Origin: Candidatus Latescibacterota bacterium
Lineage (GTDB): Bacteria; Latescibacterota; UBA2968
Direction of reading: 5' to 3'
Length of the DNA: 64,000 bases
Assembly (NCBI GenBank): GCA_965208125.1
Contig: OZ242320.1
Span: 2,976,001 to 3,040,000, forward strand
Shown: positions 19,435 through 28,408 of the stretch, in pieces
Numbering within the stretch: the stretch's first letter is position 1
How the letters are laid out: each line of letters begins with the position of its first letter
Notes under the pieces: generated by a model
Database searches by the model: none
What the model was told of the DNA's origin: nothing
The model's input: the letters and a program-made list of their open reading frames with translations, nothing else
Program-made: the position numbers and the translations under genes

Positions 19435-20040
19435 TCAGAATTGAATAGGTTCGACTTCAACAGTGGTTATGTCGAGTGTTCGCAGTACGCGAATCGGCGT
19501 CTTGTTCTGGATGGGTTGCCCGTCTTTGCTGCGCGCAGAGATGTAGTTGACAGCCCCGCTTTCCATCACGCGAATTTGACCGGCGCCATTTTCGGGAATG
19601 TCGATATAGACTTCGCCTTCATTGCCGATGCAGGACGATAGGTTTCGGTTATGCGATTCGGAGAGTTGTTGCACTTTGTAGAAGAAGTACGCAACAAGGA
19701 CCATCCCCGCGCCGCCCCATACGAGGCCGCGAAGGACCGAATCTTCGGTTGAATGTCCCGAGTCGAGATAGAGCGCGCCCGCCCATCCAAAGAGCATGCC
19801 AAAGGCTATTACAGAGCGCAGTGAGAGCAGTTGAAAAGTGGCAGTGCCGTGATCATAAAGACTGTTATCGACATCTGGCCCCGCATCATTGGCATTGAAG
19901 TCGTCGGCAAGGCCATCTGAGGAATCGCCCAGGCCGATGAGTGTTGTGATAAATTGCCAGAGAAACAAAAGGGTGAAGAAGACAGCACAGCCATAGAATG
20001 CCTGATTGAGAGGCGCGAGTTCTGACCACCATGCCTGCAT
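19435..20040 (-). CDS. NfeD-like (YuaF/YqiJ-type) membrane protein, flotillin partner
   Basis: Three TM segments plus C-terminal OB fold (IGNEGEVYIDIP..GQIRV); directly upstream of flotillin. Confidence 0.88.
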   Translation of the reverse strand: MQAWWSELAPLNQAFYGCAVFFTLLFLWQFITTLIGLGDSSDGLADDFNANDAGPDVDNSLYDHGTATFQLLSLRSVIAFGMLFGWAGALYLDSGHSTEDSVLRGLVWGGAGMVLVAYFFYKVQQLSESHNRNLSSCIGNEGEVYIDIPENGAGQIRVMESGAVNYISARSKDGQPIQNKTPIRVLRTLDITTVEVEPIQF

Positions 20041-20140
20041 ATTAACCTCCAGAAATCGATTGCGCGTTCCATCAACTGATCTTTATGTTCCTAAATTTGT
20101 CCATGCAAGGGGCGAAAAGCAAGAGTTATTTCTTATCCGG

Positions 20141-20731
20141 TCATCCGGGTTGTAAACCGAGTTTGCGAAATTCGCTTTTGAGTTGGCGACGGGCGCGGCA
20201 CAGCCAGGTTTTCACGGTTCCAAGCGGAACGCGAAGCGCCTGTGTGATTTCTTCGTAGGACCAGTCCATGACATAGCGCAGCCACATGGCTTTGCGATAG
20301 CGTTCGGGCAAGTTTTGAATGCTTTTGTGGACCAATTGTATGCGTTCGCGTTTTTCGACTATTTGATCAGGTAGCGCGCCGGGTATGAGGTCGCGAAGGA
20401 CGTTGCGAACCATTTCGGGGTCTTCGGTTTGATAGACCCAGTTTTGCCGAACTTGTTGTGAGCGCAGGTGCGAGCGATAGACGTTGAGGGCAATTTGTGT
20501 GAGCCAGGTCGAAAATGCTGCCCGGCCTTTGAATGTGTGAAGCGAGCGATAGGCGCGAAAAAATGTGTCTTGCATCAGGTCGTCAATGGTGTCGCGATCC
20601 GAGATGCGCTGTGCGAGGGTGCCGTAGATCTGACTTTGATATTTGTGGTAGAGCGTTTCAAATGCCCGGCAGTCGCCCGAGAGGGATGCGCGAATCAGGT
20701 TTTGATCCTGTGTTTTCACTTTTTTCTCCAT
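20141..20731 (-). CDS. ECF sigma factor (SigW/SigE-like)
   Basis: DDLMQDTFFRAYRSLHTF..FSTWLTQIALN; LPERYR..SYEEI..VPLGTVKTWLCRAR. Confidence 0.93.
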   Translation of the reverse strand: MEKKVKTQDQNLIRASLSGDCRAFETLYHKYQSQIYGTLAQRISDRDTIDDLMQDTFFRAYRSLHTFKGRAAFSTWLTQIALNVYRSHLRSQQVRQNWVYQTEDPEMVRNVLRDLIPGALPDQIVEKRERIQLVHKSIQNLPERYRKAMWLRYVMDWSYEEITQALRVPLGTVKTWLCRARRQLKSEFRKLGLQPG

Positions 20732-20789
20732 TCGTTAAGATAATTCGCTTATTGCTATTCTTTTGTTTGTGACAAGACGGATTTTTCCG

Positions 20790-20963
20790 TCAGTCTTCCC
20801 TACTGACCAACCGCCAACCGATCGCAATAAATCCAAGGGCGATGACAAGTCCGATCAGGTGAAAGATAGACTCCAATAGAGAGCCAAGAAATGGGAAGAG
20901 AACCTTGATGGTGATAATGCCGCCGATGATAATGAGTGCGATGCCGATGAGTTTTGCCAACAT
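20790..20963 (-). CDS. Small two-TM membrane protein (57 aa), missing from the ORF track
   Basis: Manual translation MLAKLIGIALIIIGGIITIKVLFPFLGSLLESIFHLIGLVIALGFIAIGWRLVSRED*; RBS AAAGGA; fills the operon gap. Confidence 0.8.
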   Translation of the reverse strand: MLAKLIGIALIIIGGIITIKVLFPFLGSLLESIFHLIGLVIALGFIAIGWRLVSRED

Positions 20964-20994
20964 GGGATGTCCTTTTTATTTTTGAGGTTGTCCG

Positions 20995-21348
20995 TCAATC
21001 CGAGATGGTTTGCGGAGGTGGAGATGGTGTAGCGACTGAGAGACGCTCGAGTTTGTCGTCGTTGGTGATGACGATGTCTTGAAGGTCGATGAGGCGTTTT
21101 TCAAGTTCTTTTACGCGTTTTGACAGTTCTTCAGATTGGTTGTCGTTTTTTGTCGATCTTTTTCCCTTGTTATTAAAATCTGGGATGAATGTGAATGAGA
21201 GAGTAAAAAAGGCAATGATGGCTATAGCGGCCCAGGCCGCCACCAGGCCGAGACCACCTCCAAATGTTGGGTTTTCGATATAGACAATTGTGCCGGCTGC
21301 AAGAATAATCAGACTGATGCCAACCGTGATTGTAAGAAAGATGCGCAT
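20995..21348 (-). CDS. PspB-like protein (2 TM + C-terminal coiled coil), paralog 3
   Basis: C-terminus ELEKRLIDLQDIVITNDDK shared with the two upstream paralogs; RBS GGAGGA. Confidence 0.75.
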   Translation of the reverse strand: MRIFLTITVGISLIILAAGTIVYIENPTFGGGLGLVAAWAAIAIIAFFTLSFTFIPDFNNKGKRSTKNDNQSEELSKRVKELEKRLIDLQDIVITNDDKLERLSVATPSPPPQTISD

Positions 21349-21371
21349 GGTGTCCTCCCTGTTAGTTTCAG

Positions 21372-21593
21372 TTAGCGAGAAATAGGCGATCGGTCGAATT
21401 TTTCGTCAATGGTGATGAGGATGTCCTGAATGTCCGTAAGCCTGCGGTCGAGTTCGTCCATTCGTTCATTCAAGCGTTTTTCTGCATCGCTGGGGATAGA
21501 CCCTTTTGTGCGGCGATCAATGTATTTGTGTACTGCTGATACAATGGCTGATACGAGGATGATCATCGATATGCCAATAAAAAAATTAGTCAT
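21372..21593 (-). CDS. PspB-like protein (1 TM + coiled coil), paralog 2
   Basis: GSIPSDAEKRLNERMDELDRRLTDIQDILITIDEK; RBS GGAGG. Confidence 0.78.
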   Translation of the reverse strand: MTNFFIGISMIILVSAIVSAVHKYIDRRTKGSIPSDAEKRLNERMDELDRRLTDIQDILITIDEKFDRSPISR

Positions 21594-21604
21594 GGTACCC
21601 CTCC

Positions 21605-21805
21605 CTATTTTCTGCTGAGTTTTTCGTCAATAGTGATCATGACGTCCTGAATGTCGGTGAGTCTGCGGTCGAGTTCGTCCATTCGTTCATTCAAGCGTTC
21701 TTCCGCATCGCTGGGGATGGAGCCTCTGGTGCGTTGTTCAACGTATTTGTATGCCGCTGATGCGAGAATGATTATCGCTACCATGATTCCAATTTCAAAC
21801 ATCAT
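21605..21805 (-). CDS. PspB-like protein (1 TM + coiled coil), paralog 1
   Basis: GSIPSDAEERLNERMDELDRRLTDIQDVMITIDEK; RBS GGAGG. Confidence 0.78.
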   Translation of the reverse strand: MMFEIGIMVAIIILASAAYKYVEQRTRGSIPSDAEERLNERMDELDRRLTDIQDVMITIDEKLSRK

Positions 21806-21821
21806 TTAGCCCTCCCACACA

Positions 21822-22493
21822 TTAGAGTTCATCCACGGGTCTCGCGCGGTATTTTTCATCCCAGCGTTCGATTTCCGGAAAATGATAAACGACCAGTCCC
21901 GAATCTGAGATTCGCATTTCCGCATGACCACTTATGGTTAATTCTCGCAGGATTTCTTCAGTTTTTTCAACTGTTATTCTGGTGTCCATAGCGGCTTCTG
22001 TTACGGTGAGGCTGCCCCCTTTTTCCCGGGCGAGACGGAGTATGCGATGCTGATTTTTGGCATGTGCTTTTTTGTCTCCCGATCTTTTGACCCGGCGACC
22101 TGCCCACCATATAAGTTGAGAGAAAACGATTATACAGAGGCCAGCACTGAGTTCTTCGTGCCTGAATGGATTTGTGCCATCGATCCAGGGAGGATGTTCT
22201 ACCAGTGTAATGAGTACGAGCATGAGGCCGCTAAATCCCATAAGTACAGCCATTCCTATTAAACCATAAGCAAAGAGATAACGCATGGCACAGCTCCCAT
22301 CGGTGGCGAGGTCAGAGAGGCGGTCGGGCACGCGCTTGAATGAATTGGTTGCGGTTTGGAAATCACTGCTCGCGCTGTGAACGCGCGCCTCCCAGTTTCC
22401 CTTCCATTTCTTTTTTATTTTTCGCTCTGCGTTGTTGACCGCGCGGTCAATTTTGCTGGCGATTTCATCGGCGAGTTTTTCCAGGTCACGCAT
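21822..22493 (-). CDS. PspA-coupled membrane protein (N-terminal coil, 2 TM, C-terminal winged-helix-like domain)
   Basis: Overlaps the pspA stop; C-terminus ILRLAREKGGSLTVTEAAM..EEILREL..GLVVYHFPE. Confidence 0.75.
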   Translation of the reverse strand: MRDLEKLADEIASKIDRAVNNAERKIKKKWKGNWEARVHSASSDFQTATNSFKRVPDRLSDLATDGSCAMRYLFAYGLIGMAVLMGFSGLMLVLITLVEHPPWIDGTNPFRHEELSAGLCIIVFSQLIWWAGRRVKRSGDKKAHAKNQHRILRLAREKGGSLTVTEAAMDTRITVEKTEEILRELTISGHAEMRISDSGLVVYHFPEIERWDEKYRARPVDEL

Positions 22494-23163
22494 CTTTTTG
22501 TCCCATTTTCTTTTTTAGGGCACTGAGTTCGTCTTCTACTGTGCTTTTGCGCTCGAGTTTGGAAAATTCTTCTTCCAGAGAGGGGTCAGCACTCGCCATC
22601 TCTTGATGGGCTTCAGCTTCGGCTTCTTCTGTTTCGATACGCTGGCGGAATCGTTCAAAGCTCGAAAAAGCGTCTTCACCTACTCCTGAGAGGCCTCTGG
22701 CGATTTGCTTGCGGGCTTCGGCTGCACGCCGGCGGGCAATCAGGGTGCCCTGGCGGGTGCGGGCTTCGTCGAGTTTGGCTTTGAGTTGGGTGAGTTGTTG
22801 TTTGAGTTGGGACGAAGTTTTACGGCTTTCTTCGAGGGCTATTTCAAGGTCGTGCGTGGCTTCCTGATTTGCAGCTTTGCGCTCGAGCGCGCGGCGAGCA
22901 AGGTCGTCTTCGCCAGCTTCAACAGCCATTTCGGCTTTTTTCTGCCAGGCTTCGATTTGATCCTGTTTTTCGAGATATTGTCTTTCCAGGCGTTTTTCAT
23001 TGGCAACAGCCGTGCCGACCGAGGCAGTGGCTTTGTTGACGGCTTCTTCCATTTCCAGAATCATCTGACGGATCATTTTTTCCGGGTCTTCTGCGCGGGT
23101 AATCAGGTCGTTGACGTTGGCTTTGACGATGTCGGCCATTCTATAAAAAATTCCGCGTGCCAT
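22486..23163 (-). CDS. pspA: PspA/IM30 (ESCRT-III superfamily) protein
   Basis: GIFYRMADIVKANVNDLITRAEDPEKMIRQMILEME, GEDDLARRAL, VEDELSALKKKM. Confidence 0.96.
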   Translation of the reverse strand: MARGIFYRMADIVKANVNDLITRAEDPEKMIRQMILEMEEAVNKATASVGTAVANEKRLERQYLEKQDQIEAWQKKAEMAVEAGEDDLARRALERKAANQEATHDLEIALEESRKTSSQLKQQLTQLKAKLDEARTRQGTLIARRRAAEARKQIARGLSGVGEDAFSSFERFRQRIETEEAEAEAHQEMASADPSLEEEFSKLERKSTVEDELSALKKKMGQKDA

Positions 23164-23231
23164 GATCTTCTCCTTTCACAAGGTGCTGCATTTATGAGGA
23201 TTCTGATGTTTTTTGTTGTCGCACTCTTTTT

Positions 23232-23248
23232 ATGCAAAATCTATGCCA
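23232..23248 (-). promoter_or_regulatory. Sigma-54 (-24/-12) promoter of the pspA operon
   Basis: Minus strand TGGCAT-AGATT-TTGCAT, about 70 nt upstream of the pspA start. Confidence 0.88.
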
Positions 23249-23304
23249 GGAGCGAGATATGATATTAAATGTTGTTTTTCATATACATAGATATTTTTGT
23301 GAAG

Positions 23305-23360
23305 TGGGGGAAATCGATAAAGTTGGTGAAAATTCCCATGTGTTCTGGCGAAAGAGACCA
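23305..23360. promoter_or_regulatory. Putative PspF-type upstream activator sequences
   Basis: TGGTGAAAATTCCCA (23324-38), TGGCGAAAGAGACCA (23346-60) and a degenerate TGGGGGAAATCGATA (23305-19), at enhancer distance from the sigma-54 site. Confidence 0.6.
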
Positions 23361-23496
23361 AATTTACCATTTTTTAATCCGGGTATTTTTAGAGGGTCAT
23401 ATCTTGTCTTTTTTTTCTAAAAGGTCTATTATCTATCGGTTTGTCGCAAATAGGTCTCCAATATTATCACTTTTCACTTTATATACTGAATTTTTT

Positions 23497-24984
23497 ATGC
23501 TTCGATATATCCGAGTGTCTTTATTGGCCTGCTTCCTTTTGTCGTGTGCGGCACATGCGCCTGCTTTAACAGAGACTTATGTGGTGCAAAGAGGGGATTC
23601 TCTATGGGAAATTGCCGATCAGTTTTCCATGAGTGTGGCCGAACTGAAGCGGAGCAATGGATTAAAGTCGCATCACATTTACCCGGGACAAAGACTGCTC
23701 ATTCGCTCACAAAGGCTTCACACGCGCTCCTCCAGTGGAGTAGAATACGTGGTGAGAAGGGGAGATTCGCTTTCTAAAATCGCCGCGCGGTTTTCTATGA
23801 GTGTGACCGAACTGAAGCGGATCAATGGGTTGAGGTCGAATAATATTTATCCCGGACAAAGGCTTCGCACGCGTTCTTATACGCAATCGTCTCGCTCCCG
23901 TTCTTATACTGTGCAGCCGTCTCGCTCCCGTCCGTCTCCCGGCTACATAGAAATGGACTATGTGGTGAGAAGGGGAGATTCGCTTTCTAAAATCGCCGCG
24001 CAATATTCCATGGGCCTGACCGAACTGAAGCGGAGCAATGGCATCAGATCGGATCGCATTTATGTAGGCCAGAGATTAAAGATACGGACTCGGTTAAAAA
24101 CGATCGCGATGGATAATGGACCGTATTATTTTTATCGTCCCAAAGCCGCTGTGCAACGCAGTCGCGGATATCGGGAAGTGCCCCCCAAAAAGCCGATTGA
24201 AGATTATAGAAATGCCCAAAATTTGATGGGTGTGTTCAATGCAAGTATTAATTCTGATGTGCGTCGAGATAGCAGATCACAGCCGTTGAAAGGCTGGCGC
24301 ATTGTGCTCGACCCGGGGCATGGTGGACGCGACCCGGGTGCTATTGTTTCCAATTTAGATGGCAATAATCGTTCGGTTTATGTGGTTGAAGATGAATTTG
24401 TTTACGATATCGCGTTGCGTTTGTACCAAAAACTGAGGTTTGCAGGTGCCGAGGTGGAGATGACGGTGATTAGTCCAAATCATCTCATTCGGGAAAATAA
24501 TCCGCCTGCGAGGACGTTTGTACACGAACAAAACGAAGTCTATAACGATGTAAGTGCCAACAGAAGAAATAGTTTTTCAGTGCGTCCGGGGCTTGACAAT
24601 ATTGTACAAAGAGTAAAAATAGCCAACCGTTTCTTTGCAAGGCGCGGGAAGACTCTGTTTATATCACTGCATGCAGACAACACTCCCCATCGCCCAAGGG
24701 GTCCGCTGGTTATTTATTGGAGCAGGCGCGGGAAGATCGATTCTCGGTCCCGGGCATTTGCGCGGATTATGGAAAGGGCACTCGATCTGCCAGATGTGCC
24801 CGCTCAAATTGGGGGGCGCAATCTGGCGGTGTTGCGAGGCAATCTGGCGCAGGCAGAAATTCTGGTGGAGATACGCAATGTACACGATAAGGGCGAAGCC
24901 TGGGCGTTGCGTTCTCACAAGATACGCGATTCCGATGCCGATCGAATTTTGCGCGGGATATTAAATTACGCGAAGAGGTATTAG
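23497..24984 (+). CDS. N-acetylmuramoyl-L-alanine amidase (Amidase_3) with three LysM domains
   Basis: Signal peptide; 3x YVV(Q/R)RGDSL; LDPGHGG, ISLHAD, LVEI; start reset to MLRYIR. Confidence 0.92.
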   Translation: MLRYIRVSLLACFLLSCAAHAPALTETYVVQRGDSLWEIADQFSMSVAELKRSNGLKSHHIYPGQRLLIRSQRLHTRSSSGVEYVVRRGDSLSKIAARFSMSVTELKRINGLRSNNIYPGQRLRTRSYTQSSRSRSYTVQPSRSRPSPGYIEMDYVVRRGDSLSKIAAQYSMGLTELKRSNGIRSDRIYVGQRLKIRTRLKTIAMDNGPYYFYRPKAAVQRSRGYREVPPKKPIEDYRNAQNLMGVFNASINSDVRRDSRSQPLKGWRIVLDPGHGGRDPGAIVSNLDGNNRSVYVVEDEFVYDIALRLYQKLRFAGAEVEMTVISPNHLIRENNPPARTFVHEQNEVYNDVSANRRNSFSVRPGLDNIVQRVKIANRFFARRGKTLFISLHADNTPHRPRGPLVIYWSRRGKIDSRSRAFARIMERALDLPDVPAQIGGRNLAVLRGNLAQAEILVEIRNVHDKGEAWALRSHKIRDSDADRILRGILNYAKRY

Positions 24985-24994
24985 GATATAGATA

Positions 24995-27181
24995 TTACGG
25001 AGAAAATCGCTTTAAGCGCAGGGCATTGGTGACAACGGAGACAGAAGAGAGGGCCATAGCGGCGGCAGCGAGCATGGGACCGCCCAGGGGATTGAGCAGG
25101 CCCAGGGCAGCAATGGGAATGAGAAGGGTGTTGTAGGCAAATGCCCAGAAGAGATTTTGGCGAATGATGCGCATGGTTTGCCGCGATAGCCGAATAGATG
25201 TGGCTATGGCCGACAGGTTGCCCGACATGAGGATCATGCCCGCGCTTTCTATGGCAATGTCTGTACCCGAACTCAGGGCGATGCCGACATTGGCCTGGGC
25301 GAGTGCGGGTGCGTCGTTGATGCCATCGCCAACCATGCCCACGTTTATATTTTTGTTCTGGAGTTGCGCGATTTTGTGTGCTTTATCCTGAGGTAGAACT
25401 TCGGCAAAGATCTGATTGATGTTGAGCTGTTGCCCAATGGCTTTGGCCGTGCGCGCATTGTCACCTGTCATGAGCGAGACTTCAAGGCTCAGGTGCTGGA
25501 GGTCTTGAACGGCTTGCGCGGCGTCGGCTTTCAGGTTGTCTGAAATGGCGATGAGGCCCGCGGGCTGATCATTGACGGTGACGAATACGGCGGTTTTGCC
25601 CTCGGCTTCGAGTTTTTCGGCTGGATATTTTGCGCGGTCAGATATGGCGCGTGGATTGCCGAGTACGACGCGCTGTCCGTCAATTGTAGCGGCAATACCA
25701 ACGCCGGGTCTGGCTTCAAAATCTGTGGTTGGATGCAGGGAGAGGTTGGCTTCTTGCGCGGCGCGAACAATGGCTTCGCCGAGGGGGTGTTCCGATCCTT
25801 TTTCTGCGGAAGCTGCGAATTTGAGTATGTAATCGCGGTGGTAATTTTCTGTGGGGATAATATCGGTGACAGTGGGTTTGCCCTCTGTTAGCGTGCCTGT
25901 TTTGTCCAGGACAATGGCATTGAGGCGGTGTGCATTTTCGAGCACATCGCCTCCTTTTATGAGGATACCGAGTTGCGCGCCCCGTCCTGTGCCGACTGCG
26001 ATGGCGGTGGGCGTGGCCAGGCCCATTGCACAAGGGCAGGCGATGATGAGGACGACTACGGCATTGATGAGAGCGGTTTCGATCCCAGAGCCAGAAATCC
26101 ACCACAGGGCGAAGATCAGCAGGGCGATAGCGAAGATTATGGGGACAAAGACGCGGGCGACTCGATCGGCGAGGTGTTGTATGGGTGCTTTAGATCCCTG
26201 TGCTTGGCGTACGAGGTCGATGATTTGAGACAAGACTGTATCGGCACCGATCTGTGTTGCCTGGAAGATAAAACTACCGGTCGTGTTGCGCGTACCGCCT
26301 GTGACTTTGTCGCCTTGTTGTTTGTCAACGGGTAGGGATTCGCCCGTGAGCATGGATTCGTCAATTGCGGATTGTCCGTTTTTTATGAGGCCATCGACAG
26401 GGATGTTTTCACCGGGCCGAACGCGAATATGGTCGCCGACCTGGATGTGTTCAACGGGTGTTTCAACATCCCGACCGTTGCGAACGATGTGGGCAGTTTT
26501 GGGGCGCAGGTCGAGGAGTTTTCGGATGGCGGACGATGTTTGGCCCCTGGCGCGCGTTTCGAGCAGACGACCGAGCAGGACGAGTGTAATGATCATGGCA
26601 GAGGTGTCGAAGTAGGTCTGGATATTCTGCGTACCGAGTGGGGCAAAGGTTACCGCGGCGCTGTAAAAATAAGCGGCGAGGGTTCCCGCAGCTATCAGGC
26701 TGTTCATGTCGGCTGTGCGATGGCGCAGCGCAGTCCATGCCCCTTTGAGAAAACGCCAGCCGCATAAGAATTGAACCGGTGTGGCCAATGCAAAGAGCAA
26801 TATGTGAATGTGATATGGGGGGATGTTCGCGCCCCACAGGGTTCGGGTCATGCCGGTTGCCATGATGAGTGCGGAGAGGATTGCGGCGATAGTGAATAGA
26901 GAACGCAGCTTGCGATATTCGGTTATGCGTCCGATTTGTTCGGCGTCTTCCGAAGTGTGAGAAGAGGCTTTGTAACCCGCATTGGAGACGGCATTTACAA
27001 GTGTGTCTATCAGAACGGCTTTGTGATGAACCGTGGCCTGGTGAGTGGCAAAGTTGACCTGGGCATCTGCGACGCCGGGAACGGTTTGGAGGGCATCTTC
27101 AACCCGCGCCACACAGGCGGCACAACTCATGCCTTCGATGGATAGGGTCAGGGTTTGCATGGGGTGTTCGGTTTTTGTCAT
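24995..27181 (-). CDS. copA: Cu(I)-translocating P1B-type ATPase
   Basis: [30 protein letters not shown] and MALSS motifs. Confidence 0.94.
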   Translation of the reverse strand: MTKTEHPMQTLTLSIEGMSCAACVARVEDALQTVPGVADAQVNFATHQATVHHKAVLIDTLVNAVSNAGYKASSHTSEDAEQIGRITEYRKLRSLFTIAAILSALIMATGMTRTLWGANIPPYHIHILLFALATPVQFLCGWRFLKGAWTALRHRTADMNSLIAAGTLAAYFYSAAVTFAPLGTQNIQTYFDTSAMIITLVLLGRLLETRARGQTSSAIRKLLDLRPKTAHIVRNGRDVETPVEHIQVGDHIRVRPGENIPVDGLIKNGQSAIDESMLTGESLPVDKQQGDKVTGGTRNTTGSFIFQATQIGADTVLSQIIDLVRQAQGSKAPIQHLADRVARVFVPIIFAIALLIFALWWISGSGIETALINAVVVLIIACPCAMGLATPTAIAVGTGRGAQLGILIKGGDVLENAHRLNAIVLDKTGTLTEGKPTVTDIIPTENYHRDYILKFAASAEKGSEHPLGEAIVRAAQEANLSLHPTTDFEARPGVGIAATIDGQRVVLGNPRAISDRAKYPAEKLEAEGKTAVFVTVNDQPAGLIAISDNLKADAAQAVQDLQHLSLEVSLMTGDNARTAKAIGQQLNINQIFAEVLPQDKAHKIAQLQNKNINVGMVGDGINDAPALAQANVGIALSSGTDIAIESAGMILMSGNLSAIATSIRLSRQTMRIIRQNLFWAFAYNTLLIPIAALGLLNPLGGPMLAAAAMALSSVSVVTNALRLKRFSP

Positions 27182-27196
27182 GGGCTGTTGTGAAAG

Positions 27197-28315
27197 CTAT
27201 TTGAGGTTTTCGGGGTTTAGTCCTTTGAGGTCCTCTACGACAAAATGCCCGTCTTTGCGAATGCATTCGTCATCGAAGTAGATTTCTCCACCGCCGTATT
27301 CGGGTGTTTGGATAAATACCATGTCCCAGTGTACGGCAGAGCGGTTGCCGTTGTCGGCGTCATCTTGATAGGCATTGCCAGGTGTAAAGTGGAATGATCC
27401 CGATATTTTTTCGTCGAAGAGAATATCGAGCATAGGCGATGTGATATAGGGGTTGAATGCGATGGCAAATTCGCCAATATAACGCGCGCCTTCATCTGTG
27501 TCGAGAATATCATTGAGTTTGGCGGTATTGTTCGAGGTCGCGTTGATGATTTTGCCCGCTTGAAAGGTCAGTTCGATATCTGAAAATGTCGTACCGCGAT
27601 AGATGGTGGGAACGTTGAAATGGATGTGGCCGTTTACGGAGTCTTTAACCGGCGCGGTGAAACACTCGCCATCGGGGATGTTGCGAAGCCCCGTACACGG
27701 TCTGACCGGTATGTCTTTGATGCTAAAGGACAGATCCGTATCGACGCCTGTGATACGCACGCGGTCGGTTTGTTCCATGCGTTTTTTAAGGGGTGCGACC
27801 GCTTCGGCCATTTTGCCATAGTCGAGCGTGCAGACGTCAAAATAAAAATCTTCAAATGCTTCGGTACTTTGTTGCGCCTGTTGCGCCATCGAAGGCGTGG
27901 GCCATCGCAAGACCACCCATTTGGTGTGCGGTACGCGGATGGCAAAATGCACGGGTTTGAGCCATTGTTTTTCGTAGATATCCATCGCGGTACTGGGTAT
28001 ATCTGATAATTCTGAGATGTTGCGGCTGCCGCGCAGACCAATGTAGGCCTGTACGCGTTTCATTCGGTAGGCTTCATAATCGCCTGCTTGTTGCATGGTG
28101 GCGATATCGCCTGCATGGATGAGTTCGCGTTGGATGCGGTTATTTTTTATAGATATTAGGGGAATACCGCCAACTTCGCGCACTTTGCGAATGAGTGCAA
28201 TGATCATGTCTTCGGGCATGTCGTAGCCCTGGATGAGGACGGTTTCACCCGCTTGTAACTTTGTGGAATGGCGAATTAAGACATCGGCGAGTTTTTCAAG
28301 GCGAGGGTCTTGCAT
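27197..28315 (-). CDS. M29 aminopeptidase (AmpS/AmpT-like)
   Basis: NIPDGECFTAP, GEFAI, LFDEKI, SAVHWD; start reset to MQDPRL. Confidence 0.92.
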   Translation of the reverse strand: MQDPRLEKLADVLIRHSTKLQAGETVLIQGYDMPEDMIIALIRKVREVGGIPLISIKNNRIQRELIHAGDIATMQQAGDYEAYRMKRVQAYIGLRGSRNISELSDIPSTAMDIYEKQWLKPVHFAIRVPHTKWVVLRWPTPSMAQQAQQSTEAFEDFYFDVCTLDYGKMAEAVAPLKKRMEQTDRVRITGVDTDLSFSIKDIPVRPCTGLRNIPDGECFTAPVKDSVNGHIHFNVPTIYRGTTFSDIELTFQAGKIINATSNNTAKLNDILDTDEGARYIGEFAIAFNPYITSPMLDILFDEKISGSFHFTPGNAYQDDADNGNRSAVHWDMVFIQTPEYGGGEIYFDDECIRKDGHFVVEDLKGLNPENLK

Positions 28316-28408
28316 AAAGTTTCCTCGAGATAATTGCGGTTGATGTTGATATAAAAATAATATATGATGTGTTTGTAAGCCATCATAAAAATAAAACAGG
28401 TAGATCAC

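Noticed and set aside
20041-20140. ECF or sigma-54 promoter upstream of nfeD
   Set aside because: GGAAC and TTGCA are present but lack correctly spaced partner elements.
23269-23496. 76-aa N-terminal extension of the amidase in the ORF track
   Set aside because: AT-rich regulatory DNA containing the enhancer boxes; the signal peptide starts at 23497.
23749-24030. Identical 39-bp DNA repeats in the amidase gene
   Set aside because: Explained by ordinary LysM domain duplication.
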